From: Paragordius varius
Lineage: Eukaryota; Animalia; Nematomorpha
Length of the DNA: 64,000 nucleotides
Direction: 5' to 3'
Assembly: GCA_964247055.1 (NCBI GenBank)
Contig: OZ176057.1
Coordinates: 4,278,001-4,342,000, forward strand
In this document: positions 30,001 to 42,577 of the stretch, piece by piece
How the letters are laid out: each line of letters opens with the position of its first letter
Position numbering within the stretch: the first letter of the stretch is position 1
Made by a program: the position numbers and the translations under genes
The notes under the pieces: generated by a model
What the model was told of the DNA's origin: nothing
The model's database searches: none
Seen by the model: only the letters and a program-made list of their open reading frames with translations

Positions 30001-33000
30001 ATTTAAAAGTTATTGGGCATCATATTTTGATTGTTGGAAAAATTATTTGATTGTTGAAATTATATGTTTGATTGTTGGAAACATTAAAAAGTTATTGGGC
30101 AACATATTTTAATTGTTGAAAAAATTATTTGATTGTTGAAAATATATGTTTGATTGTTGAAAACATTAATTTTGGGCATCATATTTTGATTTTTGGAAAA
30201 ATGTTTTGATTGTTGAAAATATATGTTTGATTGTTGGAAACATTAAAAAGTTATTGGCCAACATATAATTGTTGGATTATTTGATTGTTGAAAATATATG
30301 TTTGATTGTTGGAAACATTTAAAAGTTATTGGGCAACATATTTTGATTGTTGGAAAAATTATTTGATTGTTGAAAATATATGTTTGATTGTTGGAAACAT
30401 TAAAAAGTTATTGGTCAACATATTTAAATTGTTGGATTATTTGATTGTTGAAAATATATGTTTGATTGTTAGAAGCGTAAACAGTTTTTGGGCATCATAT
30501 TTTGATTGTTGGAAAAATGTTTTGATTGTTGAAAATATATGTTTGATTGTTGGAAACATTTAAAAGTTATTGGGCATCATATTTTGATTGTTGGAAAAAT
30601 TATTTGCTTGTTGAAAATATATGTTTGATTGTTGGAAACATTAAAAAGTTTTGAAGCAACATATTTTGATTGTTGGAAAAATGTTTTGATTGTTGAAAAT
30701 ATATGTTTGATTGTTGGAAACATTAAAAAGTTATTGGGCAACATATTTTGATTGTTGGAAAAATGTTTTGATTGTTGAAAATATATGTTTGATTGTTGGA
30801 AACATTTAAAAGTTTTGGGCAACATATTTTGATTGTTGGAAAAATTATTTGATTGTTGAAAATATATGTTTGATTGTTGGAAACAAAAACAAGTTTTTGG
30901 GCAACATATTTTGATTGTTGGAAAAATGTTTTGATTGTTGAAAATATATTGGAAACATTTAAAAATTTTGGGCAACATATTTTGATTGTTGGAAAAATGT
31001 TTTGATTGTTGAAAATATATCGGAAACATTTAAAAATTTTGGGCAACATATTTTGATTGTTGGAAAAATTTGATTGTTGAAAATATATGTTTCATTGTTG
31101 GAAACATTAAAAAGGTTGGGCGCAACATATTTTGATTGTTGGAAAAATTATTTGATTGTTGAAAATATATGTTTGATTGTTGGAAACATTTAAAAGTTTT
31201 GCGCAACATATTTTGATTGTTGTAAAAAATATTTGATTGTTGAAAATATATGTTTGATTGTTGGAAACATTAAAAAGTTATTGGGCAACATATTTTGATT
31301 GTTGGAAAAATGTTTTGATTGTTGAAAATATATGTTTGATTGTTGGAAACATTAAAAAGTTATTGGGCAACATATTTTGATTGTTGGAAAAATGTTTTGA
31401 TTGTTGAAAATATATGTTTCATTACATTAAAAAGGCTTTGCGCAACATATTTTGATTGTTTGAAAAATTATTTGATTATTAAAAATATATGTTTGATTGC
31501 TGGAAACATTTAAAAGTTTTTGGGCAACATATTTTGATTGTTGGAAAAATTATTTGATTGTTGAAAATATATGTTTGATTGTTGGAAACATTAAAAAGTT
31601 ATTGGGCAACATATTTTGATTGTTGGAAAAATGTTTTGATTGTTGAAAATATATGTTTGATTGTTGGAAACATTTAAAAGTTTTGGGCAACATATTTTGA
31701 TTGTTGTAAAAAATATTTGATTATTGAAAATATATGTTTTATTGTTGGAAACATTAAAAAGGTTTTGCGCAACATATTTTGATTGTTTAGAAAATTATTT
31801 GTTTGTTGAAAATATATGTTTGATTGCTGAAAACATTTAAAAGTTTTTGGGCAACATATTTTGATTGTTGGAAAAATTATTTGATCGTTGAATAAATATG
31901 TTTGATTGTTGGAAACATTAAAAAGTTTTGAAGCAACATATTTTGATTGTTGGAAATATTATTTGATTGTTGAAAATATATGTTTGGTTGTTGGAAACAT
32001 TAAAAAGTTTTTGGGGAACATATTTTGATTGTTAAAATTATTTGATTGTTGAAAATATATGTTTGATTGTTGGAAGCATTAAGTTTAGGCAACATATTTT
32101 GATTGTTGTAAAAAATATGATTGTTGAAAATATATGTTTCTTTACATTAAAAAGGTTTTGCGCAACATATTTTGATTGTTTGAAAAATTATTTGATTGTT
32201 GAAAATATATGTTTGATTGCTGGAAACATTTAAAAGTTTTTGGGGAACATATTTTGATTGTTAAAATTATTTGATTGTTGAAAATATATGTTTGATTGTT
32301 GGAAACATTAAAAAGTTATTGGGCAACATATTTTGATTGTTGGAAAAATGTTTTGATTGTTGAAAATATATGTTTGATTGTTGGAAACATTAAAAAGTTA
32401 TTGGGCAACATATTTTGATTGTTGGGAAAATGTTTTGATTGTTGAAAATATATGTTTGATTGTTGGAAACATTACATATTGGGCAACATATTTTGATTTT
32501 TGGAAAAATGTTTTGATTGTTGAAAATATATGTTTGATTGTTGGAAACATTTAAAAGTTTTGGGCAACATATTTTGATTGTTGTAAAAAATATTTGATAG
32601 TTGAAAATATATGTTTCATTGTTGGAAACATTAAAAAGTTTTTGGGCATCATATTTTGATTGTTTGAAAAATTATTTGATTGTTGAAAATATATGTTTGA
32701 TTGCTGGAAACATTTAAAAGTTTTTGTGCAACATATTTTGATTGTTGGAAAAATATTTGATTGTTGAAAATATATGTTTGATTGTCGGAAACATTAAAAA
32801 GTTTAGACAACATATTTTGATTGTTGAAAACATTATTTGATTGTTAATAATATATGTTTGATTGTTGGAAACATTAAAAAGTTATTGGGCAACATATTTT
32901 GATTGTTGAAAAAATATTTGATTGTTGAAAATATATGTTTGATTGTTGGAAGCATTAAGTTTAGGCAACATATTTTGATTGTTGGAAAAATTATTTGATT

Positions 33001-34932
33001 GTTGAAAATATATTAATTGTTGGAAACATTTAAAAGTTTTGCGCAACATATTTTGATTGTTTTAAAAAATATTTGATTGTTGAAAATATATGTTTGATTG
33101 TTGTAAACATTTAAAAGTTTTGAAGCAACATATTTTGATTGTTGTAAAAAATATTTGATTGATGAAAATATATGTTTGATTGTTAGAAACATTAAAATGT
33201 TTTGGGCAACATATTTTTATTGTTGAAAAAATATTTGATTGTTGAAAATATATGTTTGATTGTTGAACATTAAAAAGTTTTGGGCAACATATTTTGATTG
33301 TTAGAAAAAATATTTGATTGTGTTGGAAACATTAAAAAATTTTGGGCAACATATTTTGATTGTTGGAAAAAATATTTGAATGTTGAAAATATATGTTTGA
33401 TTGTTGGAAACATTTAAAAGTTATTGGGCATCATATTTTGATGTTGGAAAAATTATTTGATTGTTGAAAATATATGTTTGATTGTTGGAAACATTAAAAA
33501 GTTATTGGGCAACATATTTTAATTGTTGAAAAAATTATTTGATTGTTGAAAATATATGTTTGATTGTTGAAAACATTAATTTTGGGCATCATATTTTGAT
33601 TTTTGGAAAAATGTTTTGATTGTTGAAAATATATGTTTGATTGTTGGAAACATTAAAAAGTTATTGGCCAACATATAATTGTTGGATTATTTGATTGTTG
33701 AAAATATATGTTTGATTGTTGGAAACATTTAAAAGTTATTGGGCAACATATTTTGATTGTTGGAAAAATTATTTGATTGTTGAAAATATATGTTTGATTG
33801 TTGGAAACATTAAAAAGTTCTTGGTCAACATATTTAAATTGTTGGATTATTTGATTGTTGAAAATATATGTTTGATTGTTAGAAGCATTAACAAGTTTTT
33901 GGGCATCATATTTTGATTGTTGGAAAAATGTTTTGATTGTTGAAAATATATGTTTGATTGTTGGAAACATTTAAAAGTTATTGAGCAACATATTTTGATT
34001 GTTGGAAAAATTATTTGATTGTTGAAAAATATGTTTGATTGTTGGAAACAAAAAAAAGTTATTGGCCAACATATTTAAATTGTTGGATTATTTGATTGTT
34101 GAAAATATATGTATGATTGTTGGAAACATTTAAAAGTTATTCGGCATCATATTTTGATTGTTGAAAAAATTATTTGTGAAAATATATATTTGATTGTTGG
34201 AAACATTAAAAAGTTTTTGGGCATCATATTTTGATTGTTAGAAAAACGTTTTCATTGTTGAAAATATATGTTTGATTGTTGGAAACATTTAAAAGTTATT
34301 GGGCATCATATTTTGATTGTTGAAAAAATTATTTGATAAAATGTATGTTTGATTGTTGGAAACATTAAAAAGTTATTGGGCAACATATTTTGATTGTTGG
34401 AAAAATGTTTTGATTGTTGAAAATATATGTTTGATTGTTGTAAACATTTAAAAGTTTTGAAGCAACATATTTTGATTGTTGGAAAAATTATTGTTTGTTG
34501 AAAATATATGTTTGATTGTTGGAAACAAAAAAAAGTTTTTGGGCAACATATTTTGATTGTTGGAAAAATCTTTTGATTGTTGAAAATATATGTTTCATTG
34601 TTGGAAACATTAAAAAGTTTTTGGGCATCATATTTTGATTTTTGGAAAAATGTTTTGATTGTTGAAAATATATGTTTGATTGTTGGAAACATTAAAAAAT
34701 TATTGGCCAACATATTTTCATTGTTGGAAAAATTATTTGATTGTTGAAAATATATGTTTGATTGTTGGAAATATAAAAAAGTTATTGGGCAACGTATTTT
34801 GATTTTTGATTTATGAAAATATATGTTTGATTGTTGGAAACATTAAAAAATTATTGGGCAGCATATTTTGATTGTTGGAAAAATTATTTTATTGTTGAAA
34901 ATGAAACATTAAAAATTATTGGCAACATATTT
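1..34932 (+). repeat. Satellite DNA array, ~82-bp monomer, ~430 head-to-tail copies, open at the left window edge
   Basis: Typical monomer TTTTGATTGTTGGAAAAATTA-TTTGATTGTTGAATATATATG-TTTGATTGTTGGAAACATTAA-AAAGTTATTGGGCAACATA (21+21+21+19 = 82 bp). It is continuous from base 1 to the last GGCAACATA at ~34921-34929. Repeated ORF offsets of 82 and 164 bp (8412/8494, 6581/6745) confirm the period. This monomer has 16 G versus 3 C on the + strand. Confidence 0.98.
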
Positions 34933-36800
34933 CTGTTTTCATTATTATTTTTTCCACGGTGGCCGTTTTTAAAAAGATAAATTGGGGAAGGGGGGTATCT
35001 ACTTTATTTGCAAAATGACATGCTCAAATTCAATTTTGTGAAACCAAAGCAAATATAATTAAAATATCAAACGATAAAAGTGAGTGGTTGTAATTATATT
35101 TAATATGGTTCATTAAGGGTTATTTAAAAAAATTTCAATTTTAAGTTTAAAGATATTTTTTAATTGATGAAATACACTATTAAATTTTTTAAATTTTAAA
35201 CATTTTATTAAATATGTAAAATTATATAACGGGATTATAGTTTCCATTTTAAATTTTTTACTTGTTTTTAAGCAAAAAAACGAAAATCATTAATTGAGCG
35301 TATCAAACAAAAAATTATATATGATTTACACACACTTTTGAAATTCTAGTTTCTCTGTTGATGTAATAATTCCGTGTTATCCAATATTGATTATCAAACA
35401 ACTTTATTACGGGTGACGCTTTAACCCCTGTAATCTTTAGTGATTATACGGAACTCAAAATTCTAACATTGAAAGGAAATAAAATTAACTCTCTTTACTA
35501 GCAACCTTTTGCTGAGCGCTAAAATTTTTAGCTATTTAGATAATCCAGACAATGGGTTTATTTACAAATTTACCTAATTTAAACTTCCTTGATCTGAGTT
35601 AAATAATATAAAAAATGTATCCAACACATGGGTCACATAACACCAATTTGCAAAGACTAAATTTGGGAAACAGTATAGAAAAATTTAAATAACACCTATA
35701 TGTCAATGATGATGGCAATATCTTTGAAAAAAATAAACTTTCACAGTACCCTTTTCGATCTTTTTGAAGCAAAACATCTTTCACTGATTTACTTGAACGA
35801 CAATGACATCAAAAGCATTATGGTTTATTAAAACTCATCAAGGCAAATCCATAAAGAATTATCGATCTTGCGGGTATTTATTTTTATAAATTGAATAATG
35901 CATAAATTATGACAATTCTTTGAAAAAACTAAAATATCATAGCGGTTTTTAGCAATCGCATAAAAGAATAAGGAAATATAGTAAAAACTTAATAAAATAT
36001 TAATAATAAAACTACAATGGTAAAAAAGAGATTTTTTTTAATCAATTTATTTGAAAAATGCGTAAATTACTAAAATTTTATTTTTATAAAAAAATATAAT
36101 GCGCTTTCTTCTTAGCGAAAGTTAAATGTAATTTTAAATAGGATTTAATTAAACCTAACAATCACAACACTCTTTTACTTTTCTGGCGATGACATATTGG
36201 AGTAATATCTAGCTATATCTTTATAAAGTACTATTGTGAGTTATTTTAGTTAAAATTCATCATTTTCTTTTTTATTTGATCAAAAAGCTCTATTTTTCAG
36301 TTTTGTAACATATTAAGTGTAAAATTGTAACAGCTCTAAAACATGATTGAACTAAACAGCCGATTTTAAAATCATATGAGGTTTTTGCTGGTGAAACCTG
36401 AAAGCTACTTAGGCTGGTAAACATTTCTACCTATAATATACATTGATTTGCGTATTAGATATTTAAAAAAATATAAAGAATGGCGGAAAAAAAGTTTGAG
36501 AGGATATTTTTTTCGCAACAGGCATAATTTTAAAATCGGGTTAATATCTAATATATTTAAGATATTCTAATTATAAAGCTTTCTGGGCTCTAAAACTACA
36601 CAAGGTCATAAATATAAATATAATAAATCATTTTTTTTAAATTATTTACCATAACTCAAAAACTATCGTTAGCCTAATATAAATTTTGAAAAGGCACTTG
36701 TGGCCCATTAAAATATGTTTAACACTCCATTACCTTTTGGGAAGCTTTATGTCCCAAAGTGATTTGAAATTTGAATAACTTAAAAAGTGTTAAAGGTATC

Positions 36801-36898
36801 ACTTATTAAAAAATAGGCTTTCTTAATCTTTATGGCGGATTATACAATTACTTATTAAAAAATAGGCTTTCCTAACCTTCATGGCGGATTATACAATT
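36801..36898. repeat. 49-bp direct tandem duplication (2 copies)
   Basis: ACTTATTAAAAAATAGGCTTTC(T/C)TAA(T/C)CTT(T/C)ATGGCGGATTATACAATT starts at 36801 and again at 36850, with three substitutions. Confidence 0.9.
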
Positions 36899-37224
36899 TT
36901 TTTTAAAATGTAAAATTGTGAATAAATCATCATCTGAATCTATGGCACCGTTTTTATATTAAAAAATCTCTAATGCAACAGGCAAATAAATGTATTTATG
37001 GTTAAAAAATAATAATATTTAACTTTAAATCAGGCTGGATTCCTGCAAAACTTGATTAATATCAGCTGTGCATTCCAATTGTGTGCTAGATATCCTAATC
37101 TCTAGAAGTAACAAACCTGTAAAAAACTGAGGTTTAATTTAATACATAAGAATGAATGTATACTAAAATAACTTTCAAAATTAAGTTTATTTACATGAGC
37201 ACTTGTATTGTTAAGGACAAAATG

Positions 37225-37258
37225 AATAGGTAATTAAGGTTATATATAATTACCTATT
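37225..37258. other. Perfect 12-bp stem / 10-nt loop hairpin abutting foldback element A
   Basis: AATAGGTAATTA (37225-37236) and its exact reverse complement TAATTACCTATT (37247-37258), ending 4 bp before the TATACCATTT terminus at 37263. Confidence 0.75.
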
Positions 37259-37285
37259 TATATATACCATTTTTCATGCAAAAAC

Positions 37286-37465
37286 ATCATTTTTTCAACC
37301 AAATGCAACATTTTTTCAACCAAACTCAACATTTTTTCAAGCAAACGCAACATTTTTTCAAGCAAAGACAACAATTTTTCAAGCAAACGCAACATTTTTT
37401 CATCCAAACGCAACATTTTTTCAACCAAAGACAACATTTTTTCAAGCAAAAACAACAATTTTTTA
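37286..37465 (+). repeat. 21-bp minisatellite in left arm of element A (AACATTTTTTCAAGCAAACGC-type, ~8 copies)
   Basis: Direct repeats of AACATTTTTTCAA(G/C)CAAAnnC at 21-bp spacing. Confidence 0.9.
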
Positions 37466-38265
37466 AAAATAAAAAACCATTTTTTTTATTTTAAGACATA
37501 TTAAATTTAAAGTTAGCGTAAATTAATTTTAGCGTAGAATTATGATTTTTATTGTTTTATTTTCAATATTTGATGGTATGATTGATTTTCAAACATTTTA
37601 ATTTAGCCCATAAATTGCATTAATTATTTATAAATATTTTTTTTTATCAATCAATACAATTTGCGCTTTAAGACTCTAAATTTAAAGTTATCATTCGCTT
37701 AAAATTCCTTACATTTTTTGCAGTTTCCATACAACCCTATTTTTTAAATTTAAACTAATATCTCTATTTATTAGTTTTTGAATCAAAATTAATATTTTCA
37801 TAGTAAAACAACCTTGTTTGAAAATTTTCTTTAATTTATCAATATTATAATTAAATTATTGTTTTAAACTAGATATTACCCTCAATAACCCACAAAACGT
37901 AGATATTTTTTAATATTAATTTATAGAGAATAATAAGGATATACGGTTCTTATGAAAGAAATGTATTCACTTAGTTTAGGTTAAATATAAAAATTAGGTT
38001 TAAATGATTGAATAATGAATATTTTATTGTCTCATAAATAAACGTTATAATCAAAATTAAAATTGAAGGATCAACTTGAAGTGAAAGAAAAAAATAATTA
38101 ATATAAATAAATAATGCAATTTATGGGATAAATTAAAATGTTATCAATCATACCATCAAATATCGATGATAAAACAATAAAAATCATAATTCTAGTTTAA
38201 AATTAATTTACATTAACTTTAAATTTAATATGTCTTAAAATAAAAAAAATGGTTTTTTATTTAAA

Positions 38266-38465
38266 AAAAATTGTTGTTTTTGCTTGAAAAAATGTTGTCT
38301 TTGGTTGAAAAAATGTTGTGTTTGGGTGAAAAAATGTTGCGTTTGCTTGAAAAAATGTTGTGTTTGCTCGAAAAAATGTTGTCTTTGCTTGAAAAAATGT
38401 TGCGTTTGCTTGAAAAAATGTTGAGATTGGTTGAAAAAATGTTGCATTTGGTTGAAAAAATGATG
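38266..38465 (-). repeat. 21-bp minisatellite in right arm of element A (~9 copies, inverted)
   Basis: TTGAAAAAATGTTG recurs every 21 bp; it is the reverse complement of the left-arm unit. Confidence 0.9.
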
Positions 38466-38959
38466 TTTTTGCATGAAAAATGGTATAACATTTATTAATT
38501 GTGGATAAATTTATAATCAGATTTAACCTTTTAAAGTATTAAAATTCATTCAATTACTGAATAAAAATTTTGCAATCAGAAAACCAAGTGAAGGTCAAAA
38601 AATAGATTTTTCAAATCACGGTTTACATAGGATAAAAAAGAAAATACTAAATCATGTAGTGGCTTCCAAATAACTTGGATTTAATAAATTATGGCTTCGA
38701 AACTCAGAATATTTTTTAAAATAAATTTTATAAAAAATGAAACTTGTATTATAAAATGTCATTAAATCTAATATCATGTTTGTCAAAAAACTAAAACATT
38801 TAAAATTAAAAACATTGGATTGACTTATTAAAAAAAGGAATATCGATACTAAGAGTTTATAAATTTATTGCGAATTATGTCCAATTTTTTGAGGGCCGCA
38901 TTGTCACCCGTTGTAATTCATATATCCTCTTTTTATACCATTTACTTATATATTTATGT

Positions 38960-39800
38960 CTTAAATAATGCCAGTTCAGATGGTCACTGTTCTGTCAATT
39001 AATACATGCAAGCGAAGCCTTTATTCCATGCCGCATTTTAAATATGAAAACAAAATGCTTATACCTGATGAAGATCTTTCATTATACTACCTGATAATTT
39101 GGGATTTTCCGCCATCTTGCATTCATTATTGAGAAAGTCTTCATAATCCTTCTAATTGTCGTCGAAATTCTTTGTTATAAATTTTAGTCATATTAATATC
39201 CCCCCTTAATTTAGCTTTTCTGTGCTTTTCTGCTTTTTTGACATCCAATTATTATCTTTCCTCTTTACCCTTTACACTTTTTGCCACTTTATTAATATTT
39301 ATCGTTCCTCATAGTAAAACTGCATTCATTGTCTCATCTAACTAATCCATCTTCTCTTTGGAATGTTCCGGGTGTCATATCTATATATCTTTTTTAGAAT
39401 TTTAATGATTTTAAGTTTGATTTTTATTAAAAGCTTATGATCGTTATTCCCGTAACGAGTATAGAGCTTTTCCATTTTTATGAAGATATTATATAATCGA
39501 TTTAATTGCGTTGTATAGCCCTTTTATTGTTTGGTTATCATCATCTCGTTTTCCTGGCACAAATCAATCAATGTTTCCCCCGTCGTATCATTTTCCCAAT
39601 CCATATGGCCCTATTTGATCTACTCTACCTATTTATATTTTTACGTCCGTATAATCTAATGGATTCTGAGAGCTGAGTAATATTTTATTTTAAATAGGAC
39701 TGAAGATTATTATAAATAATTAACACATCTTATTATTGTCTTCTTTTGTTAATTTATTATCATTCTTGCTTTTTTTTGATAAATTATTAATTTTTTCGAT
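38960..39800 (-). pseudogene. Degenerate non-LTR retrotransposon fragment (RTE-clade-like; APE endonuclease C-terminal half plus linker)
   Basis: Hand translation of the minus strand across stops and frameshifts gives IGPYGLGK, GETLIDLCQENEMMIT, RLYT, N*IDYI, KWKSSI and NNDHKLLI. These follow the order of RTE-type APE motifs (GxYGLGxRN, LIxFCxEN, RLYTW, NQIDYI, SDH). A linker-like KEFRRQL...YEDFLNNEC segment follows. Confidence 0.7.
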
Positions 39801-41913
39801 ATTAAGATGAACTTTTGTTATGAATAGAATTCGCTTTTATTTCTCTGTTTTTGAGTATAATTCTTATCAATTTTTAGTCATAATTTAAAAAATCAAAAAT
39901 TTTTAAATCTTAGTCAAAATATAATATTCACTCAAACAAAATGAAAATAAAAAAAGAGTCAATATTCGGAATTTCTCTTCAAAAATAATAATTTTTAATC
40001 AATAATTTTGATAGTATAAAAAGTTAAGGTAGTATAATTCAGTAAAAAAGAGAAACTTAAAATTAGATATATACATATTCCATATAAATCGAAAATGTTC
40101 AAATATATCTATCTTTAAGAATTGTTGAAAAAGCTTGCCTCACTGTTTAAAGAAAGTGTCTTCACCCTTAGTATATGGTATAACTGATTATACAAACAGT
40201 AAAAAAATAAATACATTTCGAATCTCATTTTTTTAATAAATATTACTCTAATTGTTTAAAATGGTAGTGTGAAAAAGAAATATATGTTACTAACACAAAA
40301 AATTCTATATTTTAAAATTGAAATGGCTTATATAGGAAAAATTAAATGTAAAAAAGTATTGTTGTCTTTTTGATAAAATTGTCTTTATAATTTTACGTTT
40401 TGTCTGTATATTTTTTTATGTACTTATTATAATCTCAATGAATGAACCCCTCTTAATATCCTACTCACTGTATACTCAGCAAGACCTACTTAAACAACAA
40501 TTAACAACATAATATTCGTCTTTTAGAGTCAATGTAATTATTTAAAGAGCTAGTATATATTACATTAGTAAAAGTGCCCTCTAATTATTAATCAATAATT
40601 ATTTTTGATATTATTTTTGATGATTTTGGTACATTTTACTGTTGTTACTCTCATAAATTTTGATAAAATTTGTAATTTAATTGATTTATATTTTTTTAAC
40701 CAATTTAATTTCTCGTATACATATAACTGTAATTATTTTAATATATGGCAGGATTTATTAATTGGATGAAGAACTAAAAACAAACGAAATATAATTTGAT
40801 AATATATAATTTAAGCAAATTATAATAATTATTATTCTTTTTTATTTTAGGTTATATTCAAATCCATTTTTTCATTTATTTCAGTTTAATAAATAAAAAA
40901 CCTTATCTCGATTCTCTCCATTTTTTCTGATTAATTTTAGAAACCTGACTCATTTTTTCAAAATGTAAATTATAAACTCTAATTCAATCTATACATACAG
41001 ATAACATATAATAACAAAATTATTTTTGAAGCAAAATTTTTTAATTTAAAATTAAAAGGAATATCAATTTACATTAATAATTAACGTTTGTCATTTAATA
41101 CATATTGTGTTATAAGCCTAAAACTATAACGGCTTTTGAAAATCAAATATTATGTTTTATCATCGTCTGTATAATTCTTTTACTGCAGAGATATAAATGA
41201 TAATTTAACAATACATTAAATTATTATGATTTTAATTAACCAACTTGAAATTAAATGAGCCATTTAATTTATTTAATTTAAGGATATATAAAATATTAGT
41301 AATTTTGTAAAATTTATATTCAAATTCTTACTTAATAAAAAATAATTTTGTATTAATTATTAATCTTTATGATTGTTAACTATTTAATGTTTAAGAAGGA
41401 CTTAATATGTAGGCGGAACATAGATTATTTACCATATTTTATCATTAAATTGTTTTAAACTAATCAATATTTTTGAAATATATCTTAAGGCTGATTCCAA
41501 TTTATTTGCACCATATACAACTATTTCACCTTGAATAATTTGAATCATCCTAAATATGTTAGTCAATATAAAAAATTATTTACATTATTTATATTTTTAA
41601 AAATGAAATATTAATATTTATATAATGCTTAAAAATAATGGCTATAAGTAAATAAATTATATGAATTATGAGTATGTTAGCCCAAAAACACAATTTATTT
41701 TTAGGGTGAATATGAATTGGAAAGAGGCGATATGAATGCTTAAGGGTAAATTTGAAGTGTAAATGGTCAGTCAATCCTTCATTTGCCCAGTCTGAATGTT
41801 TGTTAGTATTATACCATTTTTTAATTGTATAATTTGGCTAACTATAAAGTGAGTTGGCACACATTAAAATGCAATTATGATACCAATTTTATTAGTATAA
41901 AAAAATATTTTTT

Positions 41914-42455
41914 TAACACTTTGAATCAAATTGTGGTATCTAAATGTCCCAGACTGTATTTAAGTTAAAGTTTTTAAAAAACTACTAAAAGAAACGGTCC
42001 CAATTTAAATTTATGCTTCTATCCTAATAAAAATTATATAAATAAGCCGAAATCTAAATAAAATTTAGTTTAAGTTTCATATCAAACTACTTCGACGCCA
42101 TTTTTATTTTACATTAATGCAAAATATCGTGTTTATTTGATTTTAAAGCAAAAATAAAAGCTTATTTATATCACATCTAACATTGATAGAAACAGAAAAA
42201 GTGGTTTATTTTGTATTATTTTTTAATTTAGCTAATGCACACATGTCATGTTTACTAGATTTTTACCTTGAGGTTTTTAAAAATAAGTAATATCAACTAT
42301 TTTTGAAAAGTTTTATCATTTCGGTTCATTAATGTTATAAATCTGCAAATTTTTGCCATGGTTTAAATTCATTCCATATTTTTTAAATTATTTCATTTTA
42401 AACAGGCCTGGGAATTTGAATCAAAGGACTAAAATGAATTTGTTGTATCCTGTTA
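41914..42455. mobile_element. ~540-bp MITE-like element, left member of an inverted pair
   Basis: Starts TAACACTTTGAATCAAATTGTGGTATCTAAATGTCCC and aligns along its length with the reverse complement of 42771-43326, with visible divergence. Confidence 0.7.
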
Positions 42456-42574
42456 ATTACGTTTTATCAAATTAAATTTTACTCTGATCCTAACTTGCAG
42501 CCAAGATGAGAAAATTTTAAATTTTTAGGATATTCGCATTCTTTTTTTTATGTTTGGTCATAATGTTACAGTAG

Positions 42575-42577
<3 letters not shown>

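Larger units (their letters stand above)
37263..38487. mobile_element. Foldback-like non-autonomous element A: ~370-bp inverted arms with internal 21-bp tandem repeats
   Basis: The left arm starts TATACCATTTTTCATGCAAAAACATC (37263). The right arm ends with the reverse complement ...GATGTTTTTGCATGAAAAATGGTATA (38487). The arms also match through a non-repetitive inner segment (~37470-37630 vs ~38105-38260). The AT-rich spacer is ~470 bp and has no coding capacity. Confidence 0.85.

Noticed and set aside
143-34713. Dozens of 60-190 aa ORFs (MFPTIKHIFSTIK..., MLRKTF...)
   Set aside because: They are translations of the 82-bp satellite in rotating frames. Starts and stops depend on monomer variants, and there is no domain or gene context.
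1-34932. CRISPR-like or telomeric interpretation of the array
   Set aside because: There are no unique spacers and no cas genes, and the context is eukaryotic. There is no TTAGG/TTAGGG-type unit, and strand polarity is opposite to a left telomere.
37258-38498. Heptad 'leucine-zipper' ORFs (LLEKMLR..., QHFFKQT...)
   Set aside because: A 21-bp repeat is 7 codons, so heptads arise automatically. The ORFs open on both strands and in several frames, and only across the repeat.
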